A stretch of DNA of 64,000 nucleotides from a virus, in the IMG/VR virus record IMGVR_UViG_3300026097_001223, positions 64,001-128,000 of that record. The stretch is one strand, 5' to 3'. Under the pieces are notes generated by a model. That model was not told where the DNA came from, ran no database searches, and saw only the letters and a list, made by a program, of their open reading frames with translations. Positions 30,439 through 39,102 of this stretch are shown piece by piece. The number at the start of each line of letters is the position of its first letter. Within the stretch, counting starts at the first letter, position 1. The position numbers and the translations under genes were made by a program.

Positions 30439-30618
30439 ATGAAACTTGTAATAGGCATTTTGTTAGGCATTCTAGGCACATTTTTGTATTTAGACCCAGC
30501 AGGAACTGCTGATACTTTAGAAAAGTATGCATCTGAAGGAAGGGAGATTGTAGATACTTTGCCCGACAAAGTGGACACAGTTTCGGAAAAAGTGAGTGGC
30601 ATTAGACTGGGTCAATGA
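30439..30618 (+). CDS. 59-aa membrane/signal-anchored protein (below ORF-track cutoff)
   Basis: MKLVIGILLGILGTFLYLDP..., SD AAAGGTG, follows a promoter. Confidence 0.6.
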   Translation: MKLVIGILLGILGTFLYLDPAGTADTLEKYASEGREIVDTLPDKVDTVSEKVSGIRLGQ

Positions 30619-31033
30619 CGTAGAACGAGCTAGAACACGTTCAGAAAAAATAGATGTAATTGAAAAAGCACTGATTGCTAGCAGATTAGGAAGTGCTAGT
30701 GCTCAGTGTTTTTTATACAATTGTTATCTCAGTTACAATCCAAATTATGTGTACTATATTAGACAAGTGCCTACAACCGCAAATCTATCGCATCAACCGA
30801 ATCCTTTTGTAAAATTTTGGGCACTGTGCGAAGCATTACACACTAGAAGCATTGTAGGAAAAAATATACAGATTGCAATCCTTGATACTAGTTCTAACTT
30901 TGACAGTCGTGTGTGGAATCAGATTTGTCGTGAAGTACTGCTCAAAAAGCTTGGACAAGGACTTACAACAAATATGTTAAATGCAGTACTGAAAAACACT
31001 GAGTGGGAAATACCAACAAAGCATGAACGTTGA
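30596..31033 (+). CDS. Stand-alone domain resembling the phage DNA ligase N-terminal DNA-binding domain
   Basis: R.EKIDVI...YNP..VYY...F..L...L.TR...G pattern. No KxDG motif. Confidence 0.5.
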   Translation: MALDWVNDVERARTRSEKIDVIEKALIASRLGSASAQCFLYNCYLSYNPNYVYYIRQVPTTANLSHQPNPFVKFWALCEALHTRSIVGKNIQIAILDTSSNFDSRVWNQICREVLLKKLGQGLTTNMLNAVLKNTEWEIPTKHER

Positions 31034-31889
31034 TGCTGTTAAATGGTTACATGTAGAAGCTAGCAGTAGGTGTAATGCATGGTGTCCCGCATGCCCGAGA
31101 AACGTCAATGGATTTGGACTACGCCCTGGACTTGTGGAAACTGATCTTGATATAGACTCATTTGTAGAAACATTAAATGCATTGCCTAACCTTGAAGCTG
31201 TGCAGTTCTGCGGCAACGACGGTGACCCGATAGCACATAGAAATTTTATCGATTTAATTGATTTAATCCCAGACGATGTTTTTGTACAGATACACACCAA
31301 TGGCAGTTTACGTAACCGAGCTTGGTGGAAACAGCTTGCACAATCTCTGGAGTATCGCCGACATGAAATCTATTTTGGCATAGATGGACTAAAAGACACT
31401 CATAGGATATATAGACAAAACACTGATTGGAATAAAATTATAGCCAATGCCAGCGAGTTTATCAACAACAAAGGCACTGCTGTTTGGCAATTTATACCAT
31501 TCAAGCATAACCAGCATCAATTCATGGAATGCTACAGGCTCAGCCAACAGTTAGGGTTCCGTGATTTCAAGGTCGTGAAAACCTTTAGGTATCACAAAAG
31601 TCATGCAAGAGATTTCCGCACCGGCGAAGAGTACATGTTAGAGCCCAGTGATTTTTTTCTGGATATGTGGAATTCTAACAAGCCTGCAGAAGCACAGGAT
31701 TGTATGCATCTTTCTATACCGAGTGTGTATTTAGATGCACAAGGTCGAATCAGCGCATGCTGTTATCTAGCAGACAGCATTAATTTTAAAAATACCACAG
31801 AACTGTTTGCAAAATTGCAGATTGACAACAATGTAATTGCTAGTACGTCAACCTGTCAGTTCTGGTGTAGCGGATTAAGCGATAAATAA
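31023..31889 (+). CDS. Radical SAM protein with C-terminal SPASM-like Cys
   Basis: CNAWCPAC, GNDGDP, HTNGS, GIDG, C-terminal CM...ACC...C...C. Confidence 0.85.
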   Translation: MNVDAVKWLHVEASSRCNAWCPACPRNVNGFGLRPGLVETDLDIDSFVETLNALPNLEAVQFCGNDGDPIAHRNFIDLIDLIPDDVFVQIHTNGSLRNRAWWKQLAQSLEYRRHEIYFGIDGLKDTHRIYRQNTDWNKIIANASEFINNKGTAVWQFIPFKHNQHQFMECYRLSQQLGFRDFKVVKTFRYHKSHARDFRTGEEYMLEPSDFFLDMWNSNKPAEAQDCMHLSIPSVYLDAQGRISACCYLADSINFKNTTELFAKLQIDNNVIASTSTCQFWCSGLSDK

Positions 31890-31893
31890 ACTT

Positions 31894-33840
31894 ATGTTCT
31901 TAGCTGTACTCACTCTTGTTACTGCACTTACTATCAGTGCTGTGGCAATCTATTATTCAGTAGCAGGCTTGGTGGCTATATTTGCCGCGGCAGCAGTGCC
32001 TATTATTATCATGGGCGGCGCACTGGAAGTTGGCAAGCTTGTTACAGCAGTGTGGTTACACAAATACTGGAACAGAGCCAACTGGTGGCTTCGTACCTAT
32101 CTTGGCCTGTCAGTGATTATATTGATGTTTATCACTAGCATGGGTATTTTTGGTTTCTTGTCAAAGGCACACATCGAACAAACTGCTACAGCCGGCGAAG
32201 GTGTAGCACAAATTGAGCGCATTGACGAAGAGATTGCCAGACAGCGAGCTGTCATCGAGCGAGCAGAAATAAAAATACAAGATGTGCAAACGTCAGGCAC
32301 TGGTGCAGATGTGAATATCCAGGCACAGATTGACCGAGAACAAGCTCGCATTGACACAGCATATGATCGAATACAACCTGCAATTGATTCAACCAACCAG
32401 CAGTTAGAATCAGACAAAGAATTTTTCCTTGGACAATTACCTGAACTGGACGAAAAACTTGCTCGACTGGATGACATGAGCAATATAGACACCACTGACG
32501 AAGAAGCAGTTAAACGACTGCAAGCACTAGTAGGCGCCAGACCAGATGGTGCATACGGTGGAGGCACTGCAAGAGCAGTTAGAGATTATCGCGAAGGTTT
32601 ACAAGCAGATCGTGACAGCATATTTGCAAAAGTAGAGGAGCTGAAAGCCTCGGCTCAGGAAGAAATTGCAAGACTTCGTGGTAGAGCAGAAAGCGAAATT
32701 GACGACAGTAATGCATTAATTGCACGACTAAGGTCTCAGCTAGGACAAACCACTGGCGAAGACATTGGTGCTGTGATACAAGAGCAAAATCAACGCATCA
32801 GTCAAGCAAACTCAGAAATGGATCAACTGGTGGAAGAAAAATTCCAGCTTGAAGCAGAGTATCGCAAACTAGAAGCAGAAGTCGGTCCGATTAAATACAT
32901 TGCAGAGTTTATCTACGGCGACGAAGCAAACAAAAACATGCTGGAAGAAGCAGTTCGCTGGGTTATAATTGTTATTATATTTGTATTTGACCCGCTAGCT
33001 GTGCTACTGCTTATTGCAAGTCAGTATACATTTAATTGGACTAGACAAGATCGTGCATCCATCCGTGAGGAAATTACACCACAAGATTCAGAAGAGACTG
33101 GAGAGTCTGGAGCCAGCCAGTCACATTCCGGTGAATATCATGGAAACAATGAAGAAACAGAACCCGAGCTTGTATTATCAGACACAGATACCGATACTGG
33201 AGAGAGAGATACAGAAGTTGAGGACACGCACAGCTTATCAGACCAAGTGCATACTCAGCCGATTATCGTTTACCCGGAACCAGAAGAGTTAAACTCAGTT
33301 GAAATTGACGATCTTGATGATGAGCCGCATGTTGTTATGGTTTACGAAGAAACAGTTGTGGACAACAACGAGCCCAACGCAGACAAAGCCAAGTTTGCAA
33401 TACTGCCGGATCTCGAAGATGCAATTCAAGAAGCACGATTCGAGGACGATCCAAACTATAGCGATCTTGGCAACGGATATGTGCAGTACAATGGCAAAGT
33501 ATACGCCAAAGAAGCATTTAGTGTCAGCTTCAAGGACATTGTTGCACGACCAGACATAGATATAGATACAAATGTAGACTTTGGCACACGCTTCCCAGAG
33601 CAGCCCACAAAAGGCGATTTGTTTCTACGTGTAGATCATCTTCCTACTAAATTGTACAAGTACAACGGTGCAAAGTGGATAGAAGTAGACAAAGATCAAA
33701 ATACTAGTATTCTAAACGATGACTCATATATAGAGTTATTAATTGACAAACTAGCCGACGGTACCTATGAGCCAGACATGCTAAGTGACCACGAGCGAGA
33801 CATTGTAGAAAAATATTTAACAGACAAAGGAGAAAAATAA
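31894..33840 (+). CDS. Multi-TM coiled-coil membrane protein with peptidoglycan-binding-like insert
   Basis: Three N-terminal TMs, long coiled coil, VKRLQALVGARPDGAYGGGTARAV, a fourth TM, acidic tail. TAAATA-AACTT-ATG. Confidence 0.7.
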   Translation: MFLAVLTLVTALTISAVAIYYSVAGLVAIFAAAAVPIIIMGGALEVGKLVTAVWLHKYWNRANWWLRTYLGLSVIILMFITSMGIFGFLSKAHIEQTATAGEGVAQIERIDEEIARQRAVIERAEIKIQDVQTSGTGADVNIQAQIDREQARIDTAYDRIQPAIDSTNQQLESDKEFFLGQLPELDEKLARLDDMSNIDTTDEEAVKRLQALVGARPDGAYGGGTARAVRDYREGLQADRDSIFAKVEELKASAQEEIARLRGRAESEIDDSNALIARLRSQLGQTTGEDIGAVIQEQNQRISQANSEMDQLVEEKFQLEAEYRKLEAEVGPIKYIAEFIYGDEANKNMLEEAVRWVIIVIIFVFDPLAVLLLIASQYTFNWTRQDRASIREEITPQDSEETGESGASQSHSGEYHGNNEETEPELVLSDTDTDTGERDTEVEDTHSLSDQVHTQPIIVYPEPEELNSVEIDDLDDEPHVVMVYEETVVDNNEPNADKAKFAILPDLEDAIQEARFEDDPNYSDLGNGYVQYNGKVYAKEAFSVSFKDIVARPDIDIDTNVDFGTRFPEQPTKGDLFLRVDHLPTKLYKYNGAKWIEVDKDQNTSILNDDSYIELLIDKLADGTYEPDMLSDHERDIVEKYLTDKGEK

Positions 33841-33843
33841 ATT

Positions 33844-34056
33844 TTGATAAAAGGACGCACCGTTAGAGTTCACGACGATAACGTAGAAAAAGCAATTAGA
33901 AAATTAAAAAAGAAAGTCAGCAACGACGGTCGTCTTTGGGAAGTACGTCAGCGTGAGCAGTACGAAAAACCCAGTCATAAAAGAAAAATTGCAAAGCAGA
34001 AAGCACGTTCAAGACATCTCAAACAACTCGCTAAACAAAAAAATCAAACCTATTAA
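33844..34056 (+). CDS. rpsU: Ribosomal protein bS21
   Basis: V.V...NVEKAIRKLKKK...R.R..YEKPS.KR...K..A..R. TTG start. Confidence 0.88.
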   Translation: MIKGRTVRVHDDNVEKAIRKLKKKVSNDGRLWEVRQREQYEKPSHKRKIAKQKARSRHLKQLAKQKNQTY

Positions 34057-34089
34057 ACCTTTTTTCTTGAATAATCACTCAAGAAGCAT

Positions 34090-34156
34090 TATAAATAGTA
34101 GTGTAACGCCGAAAGTCGGGTTACAAAGTCATTCTTGCTAAACAAAGGAGAAAATT
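34090..34156 (+). promoter_or_regulatory. TATAAATA late promoter and ROSE-like RNA thermometer leader of hsp20
   Basis: Hairpin TGTAAC...GTTACA, then TTCTTGCT(34132-34139) pairing with SD AGGAGAA(34146-34152) with a bulged G. Confidence 0.65.
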
Positions 34157-34597
34157 ATGACACGTACACTTACAAGCACAGATCTAGCCCCATTTTATCG
34201 TAATGCGATCGGTATCGACAGTTTGTTTGATAGACTAGATCACCTAAACCGAGTCAGCGAAGGCTCGACTAACTATCCGCCCTACAATGTTATCAAGCAC
34301 AGTGAAGATGAGTACAGTATTGAAGTTGCTGTAGCAGGGTTTGCCGAAGGAGAAGTTGATATCAGTTTCAAGGACGGACAAGTGGTCATTGAAGGGAACA
34401 AAACTGATGAAGAATCTGCAGCAGAATACCTGCATAAAGGTATCAGCGGTCGAAAGTTTGTTCGCACATTTCAATTGGCTGAATACATTGAAGTCAAGTC
34501 AGCGACCATGGAAAACGGTATTCTTACTGTGTCGTTAGTACGACTTCTGCCAGAACGTCTACAACCTAAAAAGATTGAGATTGTTCACAAGTCGTAA
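34157..34597 (+). CDS. ibpA: Small heat shock protein Hsp20 (IbpA-like)
   Basis: NYPPYNV, IEVAVAGF, YLHKGISGRKF.RTF.L, ENGIL. Confidence 0.93.
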   Translation: MTRTLTSTDLAPFYRNAIGIDSLFDRLDHLNRVSEGSTNYPPYNVIKHSEDEYSIEVAVAGFAEGEVDISFKDGQVVIEGNKTDEESAAEYLHKGISGRKFVRTFQLAEYIEVKSATMENGILTVSLVRLLPERLQPKKIEIVHKS

Positions 34598-34613
34598 CTT
34601 TTTGTTAAATACA

Positions 34614-34637
34614 TGTAGCGGTCACATGGCCGCTACA
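34614..34637 (+). other. 10-bp hairpin in the clpS leader (5' stabiliser or terminator)
   Basis: TGTAGCGGTC-ACAT-GGCCGCTACA just after TAAATA at 34606-34611. Confidence 0.5.
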
Positions 34638-34655
34638 CTTTGAGGAATCAAAAAA

Positions 34656-34964
34656 ATGCCAGCATCAGAAACAGAAAATCAATTAAAAAGTAAACTCAAG
34701 ATGCCACCGTTGTATCAAGTGATATACTTGAATGACAATGCAACCACTGTAGATTTTGTGATTGACAGTTTAATGGATCACTTTGGATACAGCAACGATA
34801 CAGCATTTGCATTAACTGACGAGATTCACAACAGCGGCAGTGCCACTGTTGCAGTAATGCCATACGAACTAGCAGAGCAAAAAGGTGTAGAAGTCACTAT
34901 ACAGGCTAGAGGCGCAGGATATCCTCTGCAAATTAAACTGGAACCAGACGAAGTTATAGCGTAA
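34656..34964 (+). CDS. clpS: ClpS N-degron adaptor
   Basis: PPLYQVIYLNDNATTVDFV, IHNSGSATVA, YELAEQK, YPLQIKLE. Confidence 0.9.
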   Translation: MPASETENQLKSKLKMPPLYQVIYLNDNATTVDFVIDSLMDHFGYSNDTAFALTDEIHNSGSATVAVMPYELAEQKGVEVTIQARGAGYPLQIKLEPDEVIA

Positions 34965-35745
34965 CTACAATACGTTTAGGGTGGTACACAGACTTGGCAT
35001 GTCGGCTTGTGCGTTGGTTTCGGCAATTGTTAACAAATCGAATACCATGTTTAACAGTGTCAATGTCTCCGCCGTACTGGCCGAATATCCATGTATCCAC
35101 TTTTTCCACAGGTGCTTGTTTAATTAAACTTTTAAAAACACTGTTGCCCATGATAGATGAATTCATGCTTTCAGTGACATCTGGATCATGCTCTATCAAT
35201 TCATAAAGCGGTACTGTATGTGTAACAACAATTATTTTTTCAACTTGGTCCATTGAGTGCAAGCGTTCGAGAGTGTTGATTAGATATGTTGCATCGGCAA
35301 GTGCCAGTTCGCGAACTTCAGATGCATGTTCAGGGCCAAGATGGTTTTCTGCACACCACCACTGTTTTGCCTGCTGTGGATCTACATAAGGATCAAATGC
35401 AAAGTCCCACCAACCATTTGTTCCAACAATGGCAATTTGATTTGCAATCACAACATGATTTTGCAAATACACAAGATCATCGCTCTCTCCTAGGGAAGAT
35501 AACAAATCTTCGTAACTGTCGTCAATACTGTGCGGCAGTTCCACAATGTGTTCATCGTCGCCGTCGATGTAAAAAACAGTATCGTAGCACTGTTGTAGGT
35601 CTACTAAAAAGTCTACTACAGTATTTCGATCGTGACCGGCTCCGCCTGCAAAAATACAGTAGGGACTGGTTGCTATCATAGATAAATCTAAGTCAGGCCA
35701 AGACTCGATGAATGTATCGCTTATAATGTCAAATTGATATGGCAT
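34954..35745 (-). CDS. Calcineurin-like metallophosphoesterase homologue with degenerate metal ligands
   Basis: Motif positions read ISDTF, AGG, DGDDEH, THTVP, FGQYG. TAAATA 5 nt before ATG. Confidence 0.7.
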   Translation of the reverse strand: MPYQFDIISDTFIESWPDLDLSMIATSPYCIFAGGAGHDRNTVVDFLVDLQQCYDTVFYIDGDDEHIVELPHSIDDSYEDLLSSLGESDDLVYLQNHVVIANQIAIVGTNGWWDFAFDPYVDPQQAKQWWCAENHLGPEHASEVRELALADATYLINTLERLHSMDQVEKIIVVTHTVPLYELIEHDPDVTESMNSSIMGNSVFKSLIKQAPVEKVDTWIFGQYGGDIDTVKHGIRFVNNCRNQRTSRHAKSVYHPKRIVVTL

Positions 35746-35768
35746 AGAACTATTTACAAGGAGATTAC

Positions 35769-36161
35769 ATGCACGTAATATTTGGAAAAGAAAAGGATCA
35801 ACTCGAAGAAAGTGATGTTGATATTGAAACACTCAAAACACAGTACAGTATAGTGCCGCTAGACCGTGTACGGTACAGTGACCAGGGAGAAGTTATTCAA
35901 AGTTGGTGTTTATTAAGTGGAGATAATACCAGCACTATGGAAGAAGCTCCTCATTTGCCTCGTTTAATTGAATTGCACGAAAACATGATGCAAAACTATT
36001 ACCGTCGAGAATGGAAGTTCTGCGAAGACGCAGCAGAAAATCTAAAAGGCAGGTTCGGCGGAGAGTTGGACAGCTTTTATCAACATTTTTTAAATCGTGT
36101 ACGCAACTACATAGACAACGAACCAGACGCAAACTGGGACGGAGTTATCAACAACTATTGA
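35769..36161 (+). CDS. Stand-alone domain resembling the C-terminal tail of adenylate/guanylate cyclases
   Basis: LDRV...HENMMQNYYRREWKFC...L.G.F.GELDSFY...R......P..NWDGV. SD AGGAG. Confidence 0.5.
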   Translation: MHVIFGKEKDQLEESDVDIETLKTQYSIVPLDRVRYSDQGEVIQSWCLLSGDNTSTMEEAPHLPRLIELHENMMQNYYRREWKFCEDAAENLKGRFGGELDSFYQHFLNRVRNYIDNEPDANWDGVINNY

Positions 36162-37372
36162 TACCACAGCAGTGGATTTGTCGGAATGTAATTTTTACAC
36201 AGATCCGCTGCTGTTGACAGTGGCACAGGATCATGATTGCTTACGCTCAAATTTAGCTGGCTTTTGTCAAAGCAAGGTAGTTGTCTTTTAGACCAAGCTG
36301 AATGACTAGCAGCTCGCAAATTTTGATTCAGCTCATTGGTTACAGTTTCTAAAAATTCAGTGCTGAAAAAACGTCTTTTGTTGTATTCAGCTACAGCAAA
36401 GATGTTGTCGCTGTGACGCATAATGTTGCTGTTCTTTGCCTGCTCCATGGCGTTTACAATTGCACTCATTCTCATCACTGGATCTTCAATTTCATCATAG
36501 CCTTCGTCAATCCATCGTCCAAATGTTTGAAACCCATAGTCTCTGAGAACTTGCAAACTGCCGGGCCCGGCCATGAGAATAAACGGCTGACAACACGCAA
36601 TTGGTCTTAGTATTTTTTCTGTAAGCATTATTCGCTTTTGATCGGCTACAGTTTCTAGCACAACATCAAACAAACTGGATCTAACATCACTAGCACAGTA
36701 TGTGGCACTGCCAGCAGATTCTGCTGTGTTCGGTTCAAACGCAAATTCTGCAGAACTATACTTGCTATAGTGAGTGTCGCTGTCATATGGATTAAACCTT
36801 GTTCTAGTGCTAGAACACACAGCACTGTTGTTTAACAGTTCTAAAAACTTCAGTCTATACTGTCTGGATCCGGTCCAAGCTCTGCAATACACATTGAACA
36901 AATATTTTATTCTTCTCGGCTGTTTAACCACGGATGGATCTACTTCAGCATATCGATACCAATCTCGAGCAATCACAGCATGACTCCACCAATATGCAGT
37001 GCTGAATCTTTTGCGATACTGTTCTACTTGGTCACTGTTTATTTCACTGTGCAATAGTATTTTCTTTTTGTAAATGTTTGCCCAGGTATCAAAATCCAAA
37101 TTACATTCTTGCAAATAAACATGCAAGGCAGGGTCAAAATTTTCATGTAGGTAATCTTGCTGTGCATCTGCACTATACCAGTCAAATTGGAGAGGTTCCT
37201 GGTCGTGACAAATCACAATTGGCTTTATAATTGTATCATAGGGTTGCAAATCACGCAAAGGCCATAAATTGCTTTGATTTTTGGACCCATGCGGATAAAA
37301 ACGATAAATTAAAGCATTACCGTCGAATTGGTCGTCTATGTAATGATACAAACTGTCAAGAGGAATTGTCAT
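36155..37372 (-). CDS. Glycosyltransferase-like protein (paralogue family 2 of 3)
   Basis: TEKILRPIACCQPFILMAGPGSLQVLRDYGFQTFGRWIDEGYD. Confidence 0.6.
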   Translation of the reverse strand: MTIPLDSLYHYIDDQFDGNALIYRFYPHGSKNQSNLWPLRDLQPYDTIIKPIVICHDQEPLQFDWYSADAQQDYLHENFDPALHVYLQECNLDFDTWANIYKKKILLHSEINSDQVEQYRKRFSTAYWWSHAVIARDWYRYAEVDPSVVKQPRRIKYLFNVYCRAWTGSRQYRLKFLELLNNSAVCSSTRTRFNPYDSDTHYSKYSSAEFAFEPNTAESAGSATYCASDVRSSLFDVVLETVADQKRIMLTEKILRPIACCQPFILMAGPGSLQVLRDYGFQTFGRWIDEGYDEIEDPVMRMSAIVNAMEQAKNSNIMRHSDNIFAVAEYNKRRFFSTEFLETVTNELNQNLRAASHSAWSKRQLPCFDKSQLNLSVSNHDPVPLSTAADLCKNYIPTNPLLWYQ

Positions 37373-37373
37373 T

Positions 37374-38612
37374 GTGAATATTGGTTTTATTGGTCTCGGT
37401 AAACTAGGCCTAGATTGCGCAGAAGTGTTTGCACAACACTACGAAACACGTGGATATGATATCGCACCACGTACAAGCGATACAGTTATTGTATGCGAGA
37501 TTGACGAAGTAGTCAATAAAAGTGACTGGATATTTATCGCTGTTCCAACTCCCCACGAAGAAGGTTACGACGGCAGTGTGCCCAGCTCGCACATGGAACC
37601 AAAAGACTTTGGACATGATGCTGTAATCAGTGCTATTGATGCAGTTAACAAGCATGCAAACAGTGCAAAAAACATCGTGCTTATCAGTACAGTGTTGCCA
37701 GGAACCACGAGACGCAAATTTGCTAGCCGATTAAACAGTGATCACACATTCTTGTATAATCCCTACTTGATTGCAATGGGCAGTGTGAAATGGGACATGA
37801 CCAATCCAGAAATGGTAATGATTGGCAGCGAATCAGGCGATGATCCAGCAATGCACTCATTGATTGAAATCTACAAAAAAATGATGACAAACGATCCTCG
37901 TTATGTAACAGGCACCTGGGACGAGTGCGAAGCAATTAAAATTTTCTATAACACGTTTATTAGTGCCAAAGTCGGACTTGCTAACATGATTCAGGACTTT
38001 GCATTACGCATTGGCAATATTGATGTTGACGTAGTAACTGACGCACTCGCTAACAGTACCATGCGTATCATGGGACCAAAGTACATGACAGCAGGCATGG
38101 GCGATGCTGGTGCTTGTCATCCTCGTGACAATATTGCCCTGCGTTGGTTAGCAGAAAAATATGACATTGGTTACGATTTATTTGACACAATTATGCATGC
38201 TCGCGAGATACAGGCAAAGAACCTAGCTGAATATCTCATTGACATGCGTAAAGGCGACATGCCTATTGTTATCCATGGCAAGGCGTATAAACCAGATGTA
38301 GAATACTGCATCGGTAGCTACAGCACATTGATAGGTTATTATGTAGAGCAAGCTGGTGTTGATGTTGTGTATGTTGATCCTCTGGCCGACGACACAGAAA
38401 ATGTTGTTGACAGCGTGAACGAGCCTTGTGTGGTATTACTAGCACACAACAGAGGTATTACCTATGGGTATACTGGCACAGAAGACGAAGATCCTTTCTA
38501 CTTCGACATTCCAGCTGGTAGTATTATTGTGGATCCTTGGAGAAAAACTCCGTTAGACTTTAACAGCAACTATGAAGTGATCCATTATGGTAACACACGA
38601 CCAAATTATTGA
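37374..38612 (+). CDS. ugd: UDP-glucose/GDP-mannose 6-dehydrogenase
   Basis: GFIGLGKLG, IAVPTP, STVLPGTT, YNP, EAIKIFYN, GDAGACHPRD. Confidence 0.9.
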   Translation: MNIGFIGLGKLGLDCAEVFAQHYETRGYDIAPRTSDTVIVCEIDEVVNKSDWIFIAVPTPHEEGYDGSVPSSHMEPKDFGHDAVISAIDAVNKHANSAKNIVLISTVLPGTTRRKFASRLNSDHTFLYNPYLIAMGSVKWDMTNPEMVMIGSESGDDPAMHSLIEIYKKMMTNDPRYVTGTWDECEAIKIFYNTFISAKVGLANMIQDFALRIGNIDVDVVTDALANSTMRIMGPKYMTAGMGDAGACHPRDNIALRWLAEKYDIGYDLFDTIMHAREIQAKNLAEYLIDMRKGDMPIVIHGKAYKPDVEYCIGSYSTLIGYYVEQAGVDVVYVDPLADDTENVVDSVNEPCVVLLAHNRGITYGYTGTEDEDPFYFDIPAGSIIVDPWRKTPLDFNSNYEVIHYGNTRPNY

Positions 38613-39102
38613 TCCTTGGTGGACTCTAGCAGACCTAGAGTCCTTGGATTACATCAATGAACCTTTCAATGATGCAGAGAGTCTTGCACGTTGGAGAAAG
38701 CTAGGATATACACAAACCAAGTTTACCGGTGACATGTATGACATGCGGAATCCAAAACCGTTGTGGATAGACGGATTCAAAGACTATTTTCCCTACGATC
38801 ATTTTAGTTGGAGCCTGTATAAAATGGGACCCGGCACCACTTTACCATGTCACGGTGACACCTACAAACGTTTCCGAAATCTACATGGCATAGAAGATTT
38901 AAACCGCATTGTACGCAGTGTAGTGTTTTTGGACGACTGGCAAAGCGGGCACTATTTTGAAATTGACAGTCAGCCATTGGTAAATTGGTATAAAGGACAA
39001 ATTGTTACCTGGACAGGGGACACACTTCATCTAGCTGCTAACGTTGGCATGACTCCTAGATACACTCTTCAGCTTACAGGTGTGCGAAATGAAACTGCCT
39101 AA
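38587..39102 (+). CDS. Fe(II)/2OG cupin oxygenase (Asp/Asn beta-hydroxylase-like)
   Basis: LPCHGDT (HxD), distal HLAAN, PRYTLQLTG. Confidence 0.7.
   Translation: MVTHDQIIDPWWTLADLESLDYINEPFNDAESLARWRKLGYTQTKFTGDMYDMRNPKPLWIDGFKDYFPYDHFSWSLYKMGPGTTLPCHGDTYKRFRNLHGIEDLNRIVRSVVFLDDWQSGHYFEIDSQPLVNWYKGQIVTWTGDTLHLAANVGMTPRYTLQLTGVRNETA

Noticed and set aside
30336-30602. Minus-strand 88-aa ORF
   Set aside because: Shadow of the + strand promoter and the 59-aa membrane ORF with its own SD.
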